From NCBI GenBank assembly GCA_913061315.1, contig CAJXUC010000013.1, positions 2,764 through 66,763 on the forward strand: a stretch of DNA of 64,000 nucleotides, read 5' to 3'. Source of the stretch: an uncultured Gammaproteobacteria bacterium. GTDB taxonomy: Bacteria > Pseudomonadota > Gammaproteobacteria > GCA-001735895. This document shows, one piece after another, positions 11,503 to 21,257 of the stretch. How positions within the stretch are numbered: the first letter of the stretch is position 1; each line of letters starts with the position of its first letter. Both the position numbers and the translations under genes were made by a program. A model generated the notes under the pieces. That model was not told the DNA's origin and ran no database searches. It was given only the letters and a program-made list of their open reading frames with translations.

Positions 11503-11790
11503 TTAGCACCAACTGACATTATTGCCGTTTTCTTTAGCCGAGTTAAGTAGTTTTAATAATGGCATTGCTCTTGTATTTAGACTAATCAAAGGTTGGTCTC
11601 CCTCTTCTTCAACCAGATCATTTTCATTAGCGAGATTCTTTTGGAAATTAGTCAAGGCTTGGTTGACGTCTTTAGCGGCAATAGCGCCGGGCACGAGGTG
11701 CCCAAAATCAATCAACTCAAGCATAATCTTTCCGACATCATTTAGCATCGTGATATCCGCATAGGACTTTGTTGTGAAAGTAATTGGCAT
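11503..11790 (-). CDS. DUF1840-family small protein
   Basis: 95 aa. MPITFTTKSYADITMLNDVGKIMLELI resembles, from memory, the DUF1840 N-terminus (M.ITFKs....v.M...va..ll). Function unknown. Confidence 0.55.
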   Translation of the reverse strand: MPITFTTKSYADITMLNDVGKIMLELIDFGHLVPGAIAAKDVNQALTNFQKNLANENDLVEEEGDQPLISLNTRAMPLLKLLNSAKENGNNVSWC

Positions 11791-11908
11791 ATAAGCCTCC
11801 AGTTAGAGGTTTTAAGTTTACCTCTTTTAGTTAGATGATAGTTTAAATACACGGCAAAGTTGATAGAATCCACCTCATACTTTTAATAATAATGGCTACT
11901 AAATCAAT

Positions 11909-12619
11909 ATGAATAAAAGCTTGCTCACAAACTTAATTGCTCTATTGGTAACAATAGGAGCTTACTTAATTCAAAACGACATTCTATTTTCCATCGGTAT
12001 TTTTGCTCTTTCGGGAGCTATGACTAATTGGTTAGCAATTCATATGTTATTTGAAAAAGTGCCAGGGCTTTATGGCTCTGGCGTTATTCCTAAACACTTT
12101 AAGGAATTTAAAAGCGCTATTCGAAATTTGTTAATGGAACAGTTTTTTAATGAAGAAAATATCGATCGATTTTTAAATAAAGGGGAACCTTCACAGTTTG
12201 CTCAGCATTTAGCTCCCGTCATTCAAAAGCTAGATTTTTCACCGGCTTATGACACTTTGGTCAAAACAATTATGGAATCATCTTTTGGCAGCATGCTTTC
12301 AATGTTTGGTGGACAAGAAGCATTAGTGCCCTTGAAAGAACCTTTTATAGAAAATATGCGCCTGGCTATCATTGACATAAGTTGCACAGAAGCTTTTTCA
12401 ACACTGCTAATCGAAGAATTAGAACAACCCAATATGGCAATTGACATTCGAAGCAATATCGAAGATATAGTGAATAAACGATTAGATGAGTTAACGCCTC
12501 AACTAGTGAAGATGATAATTCAAGATATGATCAAACAGCATCTAGGTTGGTTAGTCATATGGGGCGGTTTGTTTGGTGGACTCATCGGGTTGATTAGCGC
12601 CTTATTGGGTGTGCTATAG
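11909..12619 (+). CDS. DUF445-like membrane protein
   Basis: 236 aa with TM segments at both ends. The MTNWLAIHMLFEKVPGLYGSGVIPKHFKEFK block resembles the DUF445 signature (from memory). Confidence 0.55.
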   Translation: MNKSLLTNLIALLVTIGAYLIQNDILFSIGIFALSGAMTNWLAIHMLFEKVPGLYGSGVIPKHFKEFKSAIRNLLMEQFFNEENIDRFLNKGEPSQFAQHLAPVIQKLDFSPAYDTLVKTIMESSFGSMLSMFGGQEALVPLKEPFIENMRLAIIDISCTEAFSTLLIEELEQPNMAIDIRSNIEDIVNKRLDELTPQLVKMIIQDMIKQHLGWLVIWGGLFGGLIGLISALLGVL

Positions 12620-12635
12620 AGCCCAGCGCAAACTC

Positions 12636-13541
12636 TTATTCACTGACGAACCGAATGATGTTCTTGTCATTTGGTTCTACCTTCTCGCCTAAACTAATAA
12701 AGCCAACTCCGAAAAGCGTTAACTCCTCCCGTCGCAGGAATACAGACTGTCCTTCTTGGGTTTTAATAAACGTACCGTTAGTGCTTTGATCAATGATCAC
12801 GAACTTCCCACGTCGATGTTCTAATTTGGAATGATGCCTTGAGATTAAATCGCCATCGACAAAAAGATCGCAGTCACTGCCTCGACCCAAAATGTATGAT
12901 TTGGTGTCAACTGGAATCTCATACCGTTTGTTACGGTAAGTCAGGGTTAGCTTTTCGCTTTGCTTTTTTCCCGCTAAGCTTGTGAAGCTACTCGCTGGTG
13001 CCATGCTAGTAATATCGCTATCCTCTTCCCATGAAAAAAGATATATGTCGAGCGGTTCACTCTTGCCTCTAACACTGATACGGTCAAAAGGCCGCATACT
13101 AGAAGATAACGCCGTATTCTTTACCAATAAAGCCATTTCTTTGGTGCATAGGATTTGTCGTGCTTTTGCCATACTAGCAATTCGTGCAGCGACATTGACA
13201 GTATCACCAAAGATATCATTCGTCTCTAGAATAACACTTCCAAATTGCATCCCTATTCGAATCGAGACATCGGTGGTTTCTTGGTTTTTATCATCTTCCA
13301 TGACGACCTGAATTTTTTGAGCGGCCATTAAAGCTAAATCAACATCAGTAAAATAAACAAGAATTTCGTCGCCAATTGTTTTTACCAAATGACCTTGTGT
13401 ATCTCGAGTTATAGCGATCAGGGTATTTAAAGCATTCGATATGCGCTCACGGGCTAATTCATCCCCCATATTTTCATAAATATTAGTACTGTCGGCAACG
13501 TCGGCAAACATGACAACGCAGCTGATCGTTTTTCTCATCAT
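12636..13541 (-). CDS. Class III adenylate/guanylate cyclase fused to a C-terminal FHA domain
   Basis: 301 aa. The N-terminal cyclase blocks VVMFADVADST, LVKTIGDEILVYF and FGDTVNVAARIAS retain the metal Asp, Lys, Asn and Arg positions. The C-terminal block YILGRGSDCDLFVDGDLISRHHSKLEHRRGKFVIIDQSTNGTFIK is a typical FHA core. Confidence 0.85.
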   Translation of the reverse strand: MMRKTISCVVMFADVADSTNIYENMGDELARERISNALNTLIAITRDTQGHLVKTIGDEILVYFTDVDLALMAAQKIQVVMEDDKNQETTDVSIRIGMQFGSVILETNDIFGDTVNVAARIASMAKARQILCTKEMALLVKNTALSSSMRPFDRISVRGKSEPLDIYLFSWEEDSDITSMAPASSFTSLAGKKQSEKLTLTYRNKRYEIPVDTKSYILGRGSDCDLFVDGDLISRHHSKLEHRRGKFVIIDQSTNGTFIKTQEGQSVFLRREELTLFGVGFISLGEKVEPNDKNIIRFVSE

Positions 13542-13699
13542 TATTTATTATCCATAAGCTAACTTAAATAGGTCTCAATGGACTCCAATAAGTCTATCCT
13601 TCCATTTAAAAAAACAACCGCACAACAAAGTGTTGTAGATCAGGTGTTCTTTATATTGTTATAGCATGTCTAATCATTATAAGGTCGCTTTCTCTTACA

Positions 13700-15100
13700 T
13701 TACAGTTTGGAAACATAATCGATGGCTCTCAAAATTCGTTTCAAAGTTTGTGTCCTACCAATTACTTCTACCGTTTGATCTATGGGAGGAGAAAACGACC
13801 CTCCGGTCACAGCAACCCGCAGTGGTTGACCCACTTTACCCATTCCAACGTCTAGTCGTTCTGTAACCGCTTGAATTATCTGGTGAATAGATTCGGCACG
13901 CCAATCGGTCAGTGATTCGAATCCCTCACTGAGAGACTTCAGTGGCTCTAGCGAATCAGCTCGGAGGCCTTTCTTAGCTGCCTTGGCATCGTACTCATCA
14001 AACTCTTTGAAACAATATAAGATACTCTCGGTGAGTTCGTTAATGGTCGATACCCGTTGGCGATACAAATCTACAATCGTATCAATGTTAGTGTTATTGG
14101 CCACGTCAACCTTAATAACTTTTAAACGCTGCTTAACAAGGCCAACAATATTGCTTAAAGGTAAACTCATCATGTACTGCTGATTGATCCAATTAAGTTT
14201 GTCTGTATTAAAAGCAGCGGCCGATTTATTAATATCTTCTAAAGCGAACAGCTCAATCATTTCTGCAATCGAAAATATTTCCTGATCACCATGCGACCAA
14301 CCTAATCGAACCAAATAATTTAGGACCGCTTCAGGCAAGTACCCATCATCAAAGTATTGCATCACGCCAACAGCCCCGTGACGCTTAGATAGCCGTTTGC
14401 CATCATCACCCAAAATCATCGGCAGATGCGCATACTCAGGACAATCGGCCCCAAGTGCTTTTAATATATTGATTTGACGCGGTGTATTGTTTACGTGGTC
14501 ATCACCCCGCACAACGTGGGTAATATTCATATCCATGTCGTCTACCACAACGGTTAAATTGTACGTTGGGGTGCTGTCAGTTCTTGCGATAATTAAATCA
14601 TCAAGTTCTGAATTACTGACGGTGATAGTACCTTTCACATGATCCTTAAAAGTGACCGAGCCTTGATGGGGATTTTTAAACCTAATGACTAAATCTTGAG
14701 TGCCGTCGGATAATAGCCCTAGATCTCTACAACAGCCGTCATAACGAGGTTTTTGTTTGGCTGCCATTTGCTGATCTCTCAGAGACTCCAACTTTTCTTT
14801 TGAACAAGCGCAATAGTAAGCATCACCTTTATCTAACAGCTGTTGGATTATTTCTTTATATCGATCAAATCTTTGAGTTTGATAAATAGGTCCCTCGTCA
14901 TGATCAAGCTTGAGCCACTTCATACCATCAAGAATCGCTTGAACCGATACTTTACTTGATCGCTCTAAATCGGTATCTTCAATTCTCAATACAAATTCTC
15001 CCCCCATTTTCTGACTATAGAGCCACGAAAATAATGCAGTACGAGCACCTCCAACGTGAAGTAATCCGGTAGGGCTAGGAGCAAAACGAGTTTTGATCAT
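13700..15100 (-). CDS. gltX: Glutamyl-tRNA synthetase
   Basis: 466 aa. It carries MIKTRFAPSPTGLLHVGGARTALFSW (HIGH region) and a KLSKRHG (KMSKS-type) motif. Confidence 0.95.
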   Translation of the reverse strand: MIKTRFAPSPTGLLHVGGARTALFSWLYSQKMGGEFVLRIEDTDLERSSKVSVQAILDGMKWLKLDHDEGPIYQTQRFDRYKEIIQQLLDKGDAYYCACSKEKLESLRDQQMAAKQKPRYDGCCRDLGLLSDGTQDLVIRFKNPHQGSVTFKDHVKGTITVSNSELDDLIIARTDSTPTYNLTVVVDDMDMNITHVVRGDDHVNNTPRQINILKALGADCPEYAHLPMILGDDGKRLSKRHGAVGVMQYFDDGYLPEAVLNYLVRLGWSHGDQEIFSIAEMIELFALEDINKSAAAFNTDKLNWINQQYMMSLPLSNIVGLVKQRLKVIKVDVANNTNIDTIVDLYRQRVSTINELTESILYCFKEFDEYDAKAAKKGLRADSLEPLKSLSEGFESLTDWRAESIHQIIQAVTERLDVGMGKVGQPLRVAVTGGSFSPPIDQTVEVIGRTQTLKRILRAIDYVSKL

Positions 15101-15267
15101 TGGAACTCTCTAAATCAAGCAATGGCTGTATATTCTAACAAAATACCATTAATTTGAAATGGCCGGACCGGTATTAAGTAGCCTAAAAAGCCAACGCTTA
15201 AAACTTCATCAAATAGCGTTAATGAAATGCTTTTTACAATGCTTTGGCAAAAGAAAAATTATACGGA

Positions 15268-15750
15268 CTAATTGAGGATGTAATGAAGCAACTGCATGCA
15301 GATGAGGGCGTAAATACCCGCCAAAACATCATCAAACATAATGCCGAAACCACCTTGGAGACGTTTATCTGCAAGTTTGACCGGCCAAGGTTTAACAATA
15401 TCGAAGAATCGAAAAAGCACGAATCCTGCAGCAATCCACTGCCAATTAAGCACCGGCACAGCAATCATGGTAATCCAAAAACCTATCACCTCGTCCCATA
15501 CAATACCCGGGTGGTCATGGACATCTAGCGCCCTGCTGGTTAGATGACAAAAATAAACGCCTAAAAAAAAACCCACTACAATAATACCTAGGTAAATAGA
15601 CTGCGGTAAATTAGCAATCAATAGATATAACGGTATGGCCACCAATGTCCCCATAGTACCAGGTGCATAAGGTGATAGCCCTGACCCAAATCCTAATGAA
15701 ACGAAATGAATGGGGTGACGTAACAGTTTAGCTGGAATGGGTTTATTCAA
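15268..15750 (-). CDS. pgpA: Phosphatidylglycerophosphatase A
   Basis: 160-aa membrane protein with GFGSGLSPYAPGTMGT and WDEVIGF blocks. It overlaps thiL by 8 nt, as in other gammaproteobacteria. Confidence 0.9.
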   Translation of the reverse strand: MNKPIPAKLLRHPIHFVSLGFGSGLSPYAPGTMGTLVAIPLYLLIANLPQSIYLGIIVVGFFLGVYFCHLTSRALDVHDHPGIVWDEVIGFWITMIAVPVLNWQWIAAGFVLFRFFDIVKPWPVKLADKRLQGGFGIMFDDVLAGIYALICMQLLHYILN

Positions 15751-16705
15751 AATGCTGATATCCTTGCCAATTGTTCAGGTTCTCTGTTTTATGATTGCCA
15801 ACTAGCTCATAGTTTCTGTCTGTGATTTCACCAATGTGAGTTAGTTTACATTGAGGATTTTTATCGTTCCATTCATCAATAACGTCTTTATGTTGGGTGG
15901 GTATTGTAAAACAAAGCTCGAAGTCGTCACCGCCCGTGAGAGCATAGTTGTATTCCTGCTGACTACGAATAAAGTCGTTAACCGGTAAAGAATCAAGTCT
16001 GATCGTAGCACCTTTTTGACTTTGATCTAAAATATGACGCAAATCACCCACTAATCCGTCGGATAAATCAATCGCTGCACTGGCATAACTTCCCAGAAAA
16101 CCAGTAAGCTCAAGTCTAGGGCTCGGTCGATTAAGGGCTTCAAGGCAGGGTTCGATTAAGGTGGCGGGTAAGATCACTCTTTGCTGTAAATAGGCCAATC
16201 CCAGTGCAGCATTGCCGAGCTCTCCGGTTACCAGTATTAGGTCACCTAGTTGTGCTCCTTTTCGATTGACGTAATTATTTTGATCAACTAGGCCAGACAC
16301 TTGAATCGAAATCGAAAGGGGTCCTCGGCAGGTATCCCCTCCAATTAATTCAATTTGATACTGATTCGAGGTTTTTTTAAGGCTGGCTGAAAATTCACTT
16401 AACCATACCTCGTCAAATTTTGGTAGCGTAATTGATAGTAAAAACCAAGCTGGTGTGGCCCCCATGGCGGCAAGATCGCTTAAATTAACTGCCAACGACT
16501 TATGAGCAATATCTGACGCACTGGTTAGCTCGGGAAAGTGAACGCCGCTAATAAGTGTATCAACGCTCATGACCAGTTGTTTGCCGACAGGTACATCAAC
16601 AACCGCAGCATCATCACCCTGAGACAGCACTACAGGAAATGGAGATTTTCCTGTGTTAAAGAAAAACCGTTCAATGAGTGAAAATTCATTTTGAGAAACT
16701 GTCAT
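15743..16705 (-). CDS. thiL: Thiamine-monophosphate kinase
   Basis: 320 aa. It has EFSLIERFF, GDDAAV and the AIR-synthase-related fold blocks, and follows the nusB-thiL-pgpA order. Confidence 0.9.
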   Translation of the reverse strand: MTVSQNEFSLIERFFFNTGKSPFPVVLSQGDDAAVVDVPVGKQLVMSVDTLISGVHFPELTSASDIAHKSLAVNLSDLAAMGATPAWFLLSITLPKFDEVWLSEFSASLKKTSNQYQIELIGGDTCRGPLSISIQVSGLVDQNNYVNRKGAQLGDLILVTGELGNAALGLAYLQQRVILPATLIEPCLEALNRPSPRLELTGFLGSYASAAIDLSDGLVGDLRHILDQSQKGATIRLDSLPVNDFIRSQQEYNYALTGGDDFELCFTIPTQHKDVIDEWNDKNPQCKLTHIGEITDRNYELVGNHKTENLNNWQGYQHFE

Positions 16706-16736
16706 TAGAATGACTTTAAATAGCCATGGGTTCTAA

Positions 16737-17225
16737 TCACGCTTTCGTTTCATGCGGACGTAATATTTTTGCTAAAGGGTCAAGCACACCATTGATAAAT
16801 TTGTGACTATCATCCGCGCCATAAACCTTGGCAAGGTTAACCGCTTCATTAATCACCACCTTGAAAGGAATTTCTAGGTGATTGATAAACTCATACGTTG
16901 CGATTCTCAAAATATTAGTTTCAATGGGATCAACATGGTCTTCGAAATTTTCAATGTGCTGGCGATAATGCTCATCAAGCGTCGTTATGCAGCTTGGAAT
17001 TTCAAATAATAATTCGAGAAAATAAGCTTTATCTCCGGTGGCTACGCCTTGCTCTTCAATATAGTGGTCTTTTATCCACTCAAGATCCTCACCTGAAAGT
17101 TGCCATTGATATAAAGCCTGCAAAGCTTTGTCACGAGAATGCTTGCGTTTTTTAATAAACCGCGCTTGTTCTGCGGCTACTTTACTGCCCATTTTGTTGA
17201 TATTTTTTTTATCTTGATTAGTCAT
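16737..17225 (-). CDS. nusB: Transcription antitermination factor NusB
   Basis: 162 aa with RDKALQALYQW and the NusB helical core. The N-terminus may be shorter, using the internal Met of MGSKVAAEQ. Confidence 0.9.
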   Translation of the reverse strand: MTNQDKKNINKMGSKVAAEQARFIKKRKHSRDKALQALYQWQLSGEDLEWIKDHYIEEQGVATGDKAYFLELLFEIPSCITTLDEHYRQHIENFEDHVDPIETNILRIATYEFINHLEIPFKVVINEAVNLAKVYGADDSHKFINGVLDPLAKILRPHETKA

Positions 17226-17234
17226 TGAAGTCGG

Positions 17235-17708
17235 TTAACCGATTTTCCTCAGTAAGCTGATCATTTCCATCGCGACCATTGCCGCTTCAGCACCTTTATT
17301 ACCGGCTTTGGTACCTGCTCTTTCAATGGCTTGCTCAATTGAATCAGTTGTTAATACAGCGTTCACAACAGGAATCGAATATGTCAAAGCGAGAGAAGAT
17401 AAAGCGCTAGCGTTTTCGCCTGCAACAAAATCAAAATGGGGCGTTGAGCCACGAATAACAGCACCAATGCCGATAATGGCATCGTACTTTCCTGAAACCG
17501 CAAACTTTTGAACAACTAATGGCATTTCAAATGCGCCTGGTACATGACTGACAGTGATGTCAGATGACTTGATACCGGCACGTTGAAGGGTATCAATTGC
17601 TGCCTGTAATAAACTTTCAACAATAAAACCATTAAAACGCCCGACAACTATTGCGATTTTTGCTTTATCCGTGGTGAGATCACCATTGATTATATTCACG
17701 TCAGTCAT
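17235..17708 (-). CDS. ribH: 6,7-dimethyl-8-ribityllumazine synthase
   Basis: 157 aa. [17 protein letters not shown] and VPGAFEMP blocks are present. Nomenclature follows B. subtilis. Confidence 0.95.
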   Translation of the reverse strand: MTDVNIINGDLTTDKAKIAIVVGRFNGFIVESLLQAAIDTLQRAGIKSSDITVSHVPGAFEMPLVVQKFAVSGKYDAIIGIGAVIRGSTPHFDFVAGENASALSSLALTYSIPVVNAVLTTDSIEQAIERAGTKAGNKGAEAAMVAMEMISLLRKIG

Positions 17709-17735
17709 AGTCTTTCTTTTCCTAAACCCGTTCGT

Positions 17736-18833
17736 TTATTCAGAGTAATAGTTAACGACTTCGAGTCCGAAGCCAGCCAATGCAAGAAACTTCTTAGGCG
17801 CACTAAGCAAATTCATTTTACGAACACCCAGATCAACTAATATTTGAGCTCCAATACCATAGGTCCTGAGTGTATCAGGGTGATCTTCATCCGGACTAAA
17901 GTCATTTCTAATCAAAGATTCAATTTTTTTAACCATATCCTTAGGCGTCTCTGCTTGGCGTAAAAATACAATGACACCCTCACCTTCTTTTTCAATAGTT
18001 TTCATTACGTCTTGTAATGGCCAACCGCGTCCCGTAGTACCTGATAGTGCATCCTGCAAGGTATCCTGAACATGTACTCTCACCGGAACGGGGTTATCTG
18101 GGTTGATATCACCCTTTACTAAAGCCAGATGCAGCTCTTGAGCAATGTTATCTTCAAAAGCATAAAGCTGAAAAACACCATAATCAGTTGGAAATTTTGA
18201 TTCTAAAATACGTTCGACGGTATTCTCATTTTCAATACGATACCGAATCAGATCTTCAATAGTCCCGATTTTCAAGTCATGTTGCTTAGCAAATACTTCT
18301 AGATCAGGTCGGCGTGCCATGGTGCCATCGTCATTCAGTATTTCAACAATAACGGCTGCGGGTTCAAACCCGGCTAAACGTGCAAGATCACAACCAGCTT
18401 CAGTATGGCCCGCGCGAATTAATACGCCACCCTTCTTCGCCATTAACGGGAAAATATGGCCTGGTTGAACAATACTTTTAGGGGTTGCTTCGGCCTGAAC
18501 CGCTGCTAGAACGGTGGTTGCCCTATCCGAGGCTGAAATACCCGTTGTGACGCCTTCTGCAGCCTCGATTGACACGGTAAAGTTAGTTTCTAACTGTGCT
18601 TTATTGTCACCCACCATCAAAGATAAACATAATTGCTGACAGCGCGCCTCGGAAAGTGTCAGGCATATCAAACCCCGACCAAATTTAGCCATAAAATTAA
18701 TACTACTGGCAGTAACCGCTTCTGCGGCCATAAGGATATCACCTTCGTTTTCACGAGCCTCATCGTCCATAATGACGACCATTTTACCGGCCTTAATATC
18801 GTCGATAATTTCTTTCGTGGTGTTCAAATTCAT
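17736..18833 (-). CDS. ribBA: Bifunctional 3,4-dihydroxy-2-butanone-4-phosphate synthase / GTP cyclohydrolase II-like protein
   Basis: 365 aa. The N-terminal DHBP synthase block is MDDEARENEGDILMAAE and HTEAGCDLARLAG, followed by a C-terminal GCH-II-like domain. Confidence 0.93.
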   Translation of the reverse strand: MNLNTTKEIIDDIKAGKMVVIMDDEARENEGDILMAAEAVTASSINFMAKFGRGLICLTLSEARCQQLCLSLMVGDNKAQLETNFTVSIEAAEGVTTGISASDRATTVLAAVQAEATPKSIVQPGHIFPLMAKKGGVLIRAGHTEAGCDLARLAGFEPAAVIVEILNDDGTMARRPDLEVFAKQHDLKIGTIEDLIRYRIENENTVERILESKFPTDYGVFQLYAFEDNIAQELHLALVKGDINPDNPVPVRVHVQDTLQDALSGTTGRGWPLQDVMKTIEKEGEGVIVFLRQAETPKDMVKKIESLIRNDFSPDEDHPDTLRTYGIGAQILVDLGVRKMNLLSAPKKFLALAGFGLEVVNYYSE

Positions 18834-18846
18834 ACAGACATAAAAC

Positions 18847-19509
18847 CTAGCTAGATTGTATAAAACCAGTTTTTGTAAGCGTTGCCATTATTTGATTATT
18901 AGGTGAATCAGTGATTGATTTTCCGTTAATTAAACGCTCTAAGTAGCGAGCGATTATATCAACTTCAATATTAACCATACTCCCCAATTTATAACACCCA
19001 AATATCGTATTTTGCTGGGTGTGAGGTACAATATTAACGTCAAACTGGTTGTTGCTGACCTTGTTTACAGTCAAACTTGTACCATCGATGGTGACTGAAC
19101 CCTTGATAGCGATATAGTGCTGTAATTCAGGCGCAACTTCAAATATATACCGAGTTGATCTTGCATCTTGTTGCATTTCCATCAGCGTTGCCAAACCATC
19201 GACATGACCGCTGACCAGATGACCACCCAGAGCCGTGTTCAGCGTGAGTGCTTTCTCAAGATTAATTGAACTACCGACTTGCAGATGCCCAAGACTCGTC
19301 TTGCTCAAGGTTTCCTTAGATACATCAGCAGTAAATTGCTCTGAATGAAAAGAAACGGCTGTCAGACATACGCCATTAACAGCGATGCTATCACCCAGTT
19401 CGCAGTTATTAAGATCAAGACTTGCGGTATTAATCGTGAGTGACATATCACCAGCTTTGTTTTCAATACTCGCTATTGAACCCACTGTTTGAATGATTCC
19501 AGTAAACAC
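18847..19509 (-). CDS. ribE: Riboflavin synthase (alpha chain)
   Basis: 220 aa. It has the MFTGIIQTVGSI N-terminus and internally duplicated lumazine-binding repeats (VNGVCLT / IDGTSLT). Confidence 0.95.
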   Translation of the reverse strand: MFTGIIQTVGSIASIENKAGDMSLTINTASLDLNNCELGDSIAVNGVCLTAVSFHSEQFTADVSKETLSKTSLGHLQVGSSINLEKALTLNTALGGHLVSGHVDGLATLMEMQQDARSTRYIFEVAPELQHYIAIKGSVTIDGTSLTVNKVSNNQFDVNIVPHTQQNTIFGCYKLGSMVNIEVDIIARYLERLINGKSITDSPNNQIMATLTKTGFIQSS

Positions 19510-19524
19510 GGCTGAATAGCTCCT

Positions 19525-20124
19525 TTATTTCAATTCAAGGGTGTAACTCGTCATTGGTAAAGACGAGGCATTATCAAAAGTCGCACCAGCAACCACACCA
19601 GCTTGAGCTATTTGCTCGGCTGTGTCATAAATTTCATAGGCTGTTTGCATGGCACCCAGCGCAAACTCTGACCCAGAGCCCACCGCCCAAAAACGCGAAT
19701 ATTGCTCAACCTCACGTAATGAATACAGACCAAAAATGCCGTTTGTATTCATAATTAAGGCATCAACTCGTGATGATTCATAAGAGTCTTCATCTTCTTC
19801 TTTGCTGTTAAGAAAATATTCTTCCTTCAAAATTGGATGGATTGTTTTCAATGTGACAAATATTGACATACGGTCACTCAAATTAATTTTATCCGCATGG
19901 TCAACAACTAAATTTTGTAAAACTAAATGGTGGGCCGCACTACCAACAATACCCATATAAGTCTGGTTCTGAACACTATCATGGGTAGTAGAATTAGATA
20001 ATGATAAGATTTTATCAGAATTAACAACAAATTCAGCACTTTGTTTAGTATCGCCAAAACTAGTTAAACTATCAGCCGCGATACAAGCGACACCATTTTT
20101 CACAGCTGCGACAATTGTCGACAT
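19525..20124 (-). CDS. HslV/proteasome beta-like Ntn-hydrolase family protein embedded in the rib operon
   Basis: 199 aa. MSTIVAAVKNGVACIAADS..DKILSL aligns by eye with the HslV N-terminus TTIVSVRRNGHVVIAGDG..KKVRRL, and AVGSGSEFALGAM aligns with AIGSGGPYAQAAA. It sits 15 nt from ribE and 2 nt from ribD. Confidence 0.6.
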   Translation of the reverse strand: MSTIVAAVKNGVACIAADSLTSFGDTKQSAEFVVNSDKILSLSNSTTHDSVQNQTYMGIVGSAAHHLVLQNLVVDHADKINLSDRMSIFVTLKTIHPILKEEYFLNSKEEDEDSYESSRVDALIMNTNGIFGLYSLREVEQYSRFWAVGSGSEFALGAMQTAYEIYDTAEQIAQAGVVAGATFDNASSLPMTSYTLELK

Positions 20125-20126
20125 AA

Positions 20127-21257
20127 CTAAATATACTCAGGTGTTAGTGTTAAGCGGATGTCTTTACCAATGGTTCTAACGTCATTAATAATACAATTGA
20201 CACGATCTTTCATCTGTGTCAACTCGCCCAGATCAAATAACCCTTGTGCTTGATTACCCAGAAAACATGGTGCTAAGTAAAGCACAACCTCATCAACCAG
20301 TTGTTGACTCATTAGTTCACCGGCTAATTTTTTCCCACATTCAGTGTGGATTTCATTGATTTCACGCAAAGCAAGATATTGCATCAGTTGCGATAAATCA
20401 ACCCGTTCACTTTCCTGCATTTGATCTAATACAATGATCTCTGCACCTGACTCAATCAATGGTTTATGCGCTTCTTTAGACGTATTTGTGGTAACAACCC
20501 AAACTTGGCCAGGGATATTAAATATTGTTTCCTTACCGGTTAAACATAACCGAGAGTCAATAATAATTCTAACAGGCTGCCTAACATCAACTGATTGCCC
20601 TAAGTCTTCACTGGATAAACGAACATTCATCGATGGATTATCTTCCAACACGGTACGAGCCGAAGTTAAAATAGCTGAACTGCTTGCGCGTAAATGCTGC
20701 ACATCAACTCTGGCTGGCTCGCTACTAATCCATTGACTAATGCCATTAGCCAATGCGGTGCGTCCATCTAAAGACGTTGCCATTTTAACTCTTAAAAAAG
20801 GACGCTTTTGTTCCATGCGCGATATAAAGCCAACATTTAACAGCCTCGCATCAGCTTCTAAAACACCACAGATGACTTCAATACCGACCTCTTTTAATTT
20901 AGCTATTCCTTTCCCAGCAACCAAGGGATTAGGGTCTTGCATAGCAATCACGACACAACTGGGTTTTAGTTCGATTAACCTATCAACACAAGGGGGTGTT
21001 TTACCTTCATGAAAACAAGGTTCGAGGGTGATGTAAAAACAACTGCCAGATTCGATACTCTGACTATGGATGGCATTAATTTCAGCATGTGGCCCACCGG
21101 CATATTCGTGCCAACCCTGAGCTACACAAGCATTCTGTTTAACAACTAAACAACCTACCCTGGGATTTGGCGCAGTAGAATAAAATCCACGACGAGCTAA
21201 CTGTAAAGCTTTCGCCATCCAGTAATGATGGGAAAGTTGAAGGGGGGACTGAAGCAT
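20127..21257 (-). CDS. ribD: Bifunctional riboflavin biosynthesis deaminase/reductase RibD
   Basis: 376 aa. It has the CMP/dCMP deaminase zinc motifs (HAEINA, EPCFHEGKTPPC) and a C-terminal reductase domain. Confidence 0.95.
   Translation of the reverse strand: MLQSPLQLSHHYWMAKALQLARRGFYSTAPNPRVGCLVVKQNACVAQGWHEYAGGPHAEINAIHSQSIESGSCFYITLEPCFHEGKTPPCVDRLIELKPSCVVIAMQDPNPLVAGKGIAKLKEVGIEVICGVLEADARLLNVGFISRMEQKRPFLRVKMATSLDGRTALANGISQWISSEPARVDVQHLRASSSAILTSARTVLEDNPSMNVRLSSEDLGQSVDVRQPVRIIIDSRLCLTGKETIFNIPGQVWVVTTNTSKEAHKPLIESGAEIIVLDQMQESERVDLSQLMQYLALREINEIHTECGKKLAGELMSQQLVDEVVLYLAPCFLGNQAQGLFDLGELTQMKDRVNCIINDVRTIGKDIRLTLTPEYI

Noticed and set aside
12636-13541. Cyclase as part of a CBASS/Pycsar-type anti-phage system
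   Set aside because: The motifs are those of class III adenylate/guanylate cyclases, not CD-NTases. There is no adjacent effector gene, and the neighbours are housekeeping genes (gltX and a DUF445 protein).
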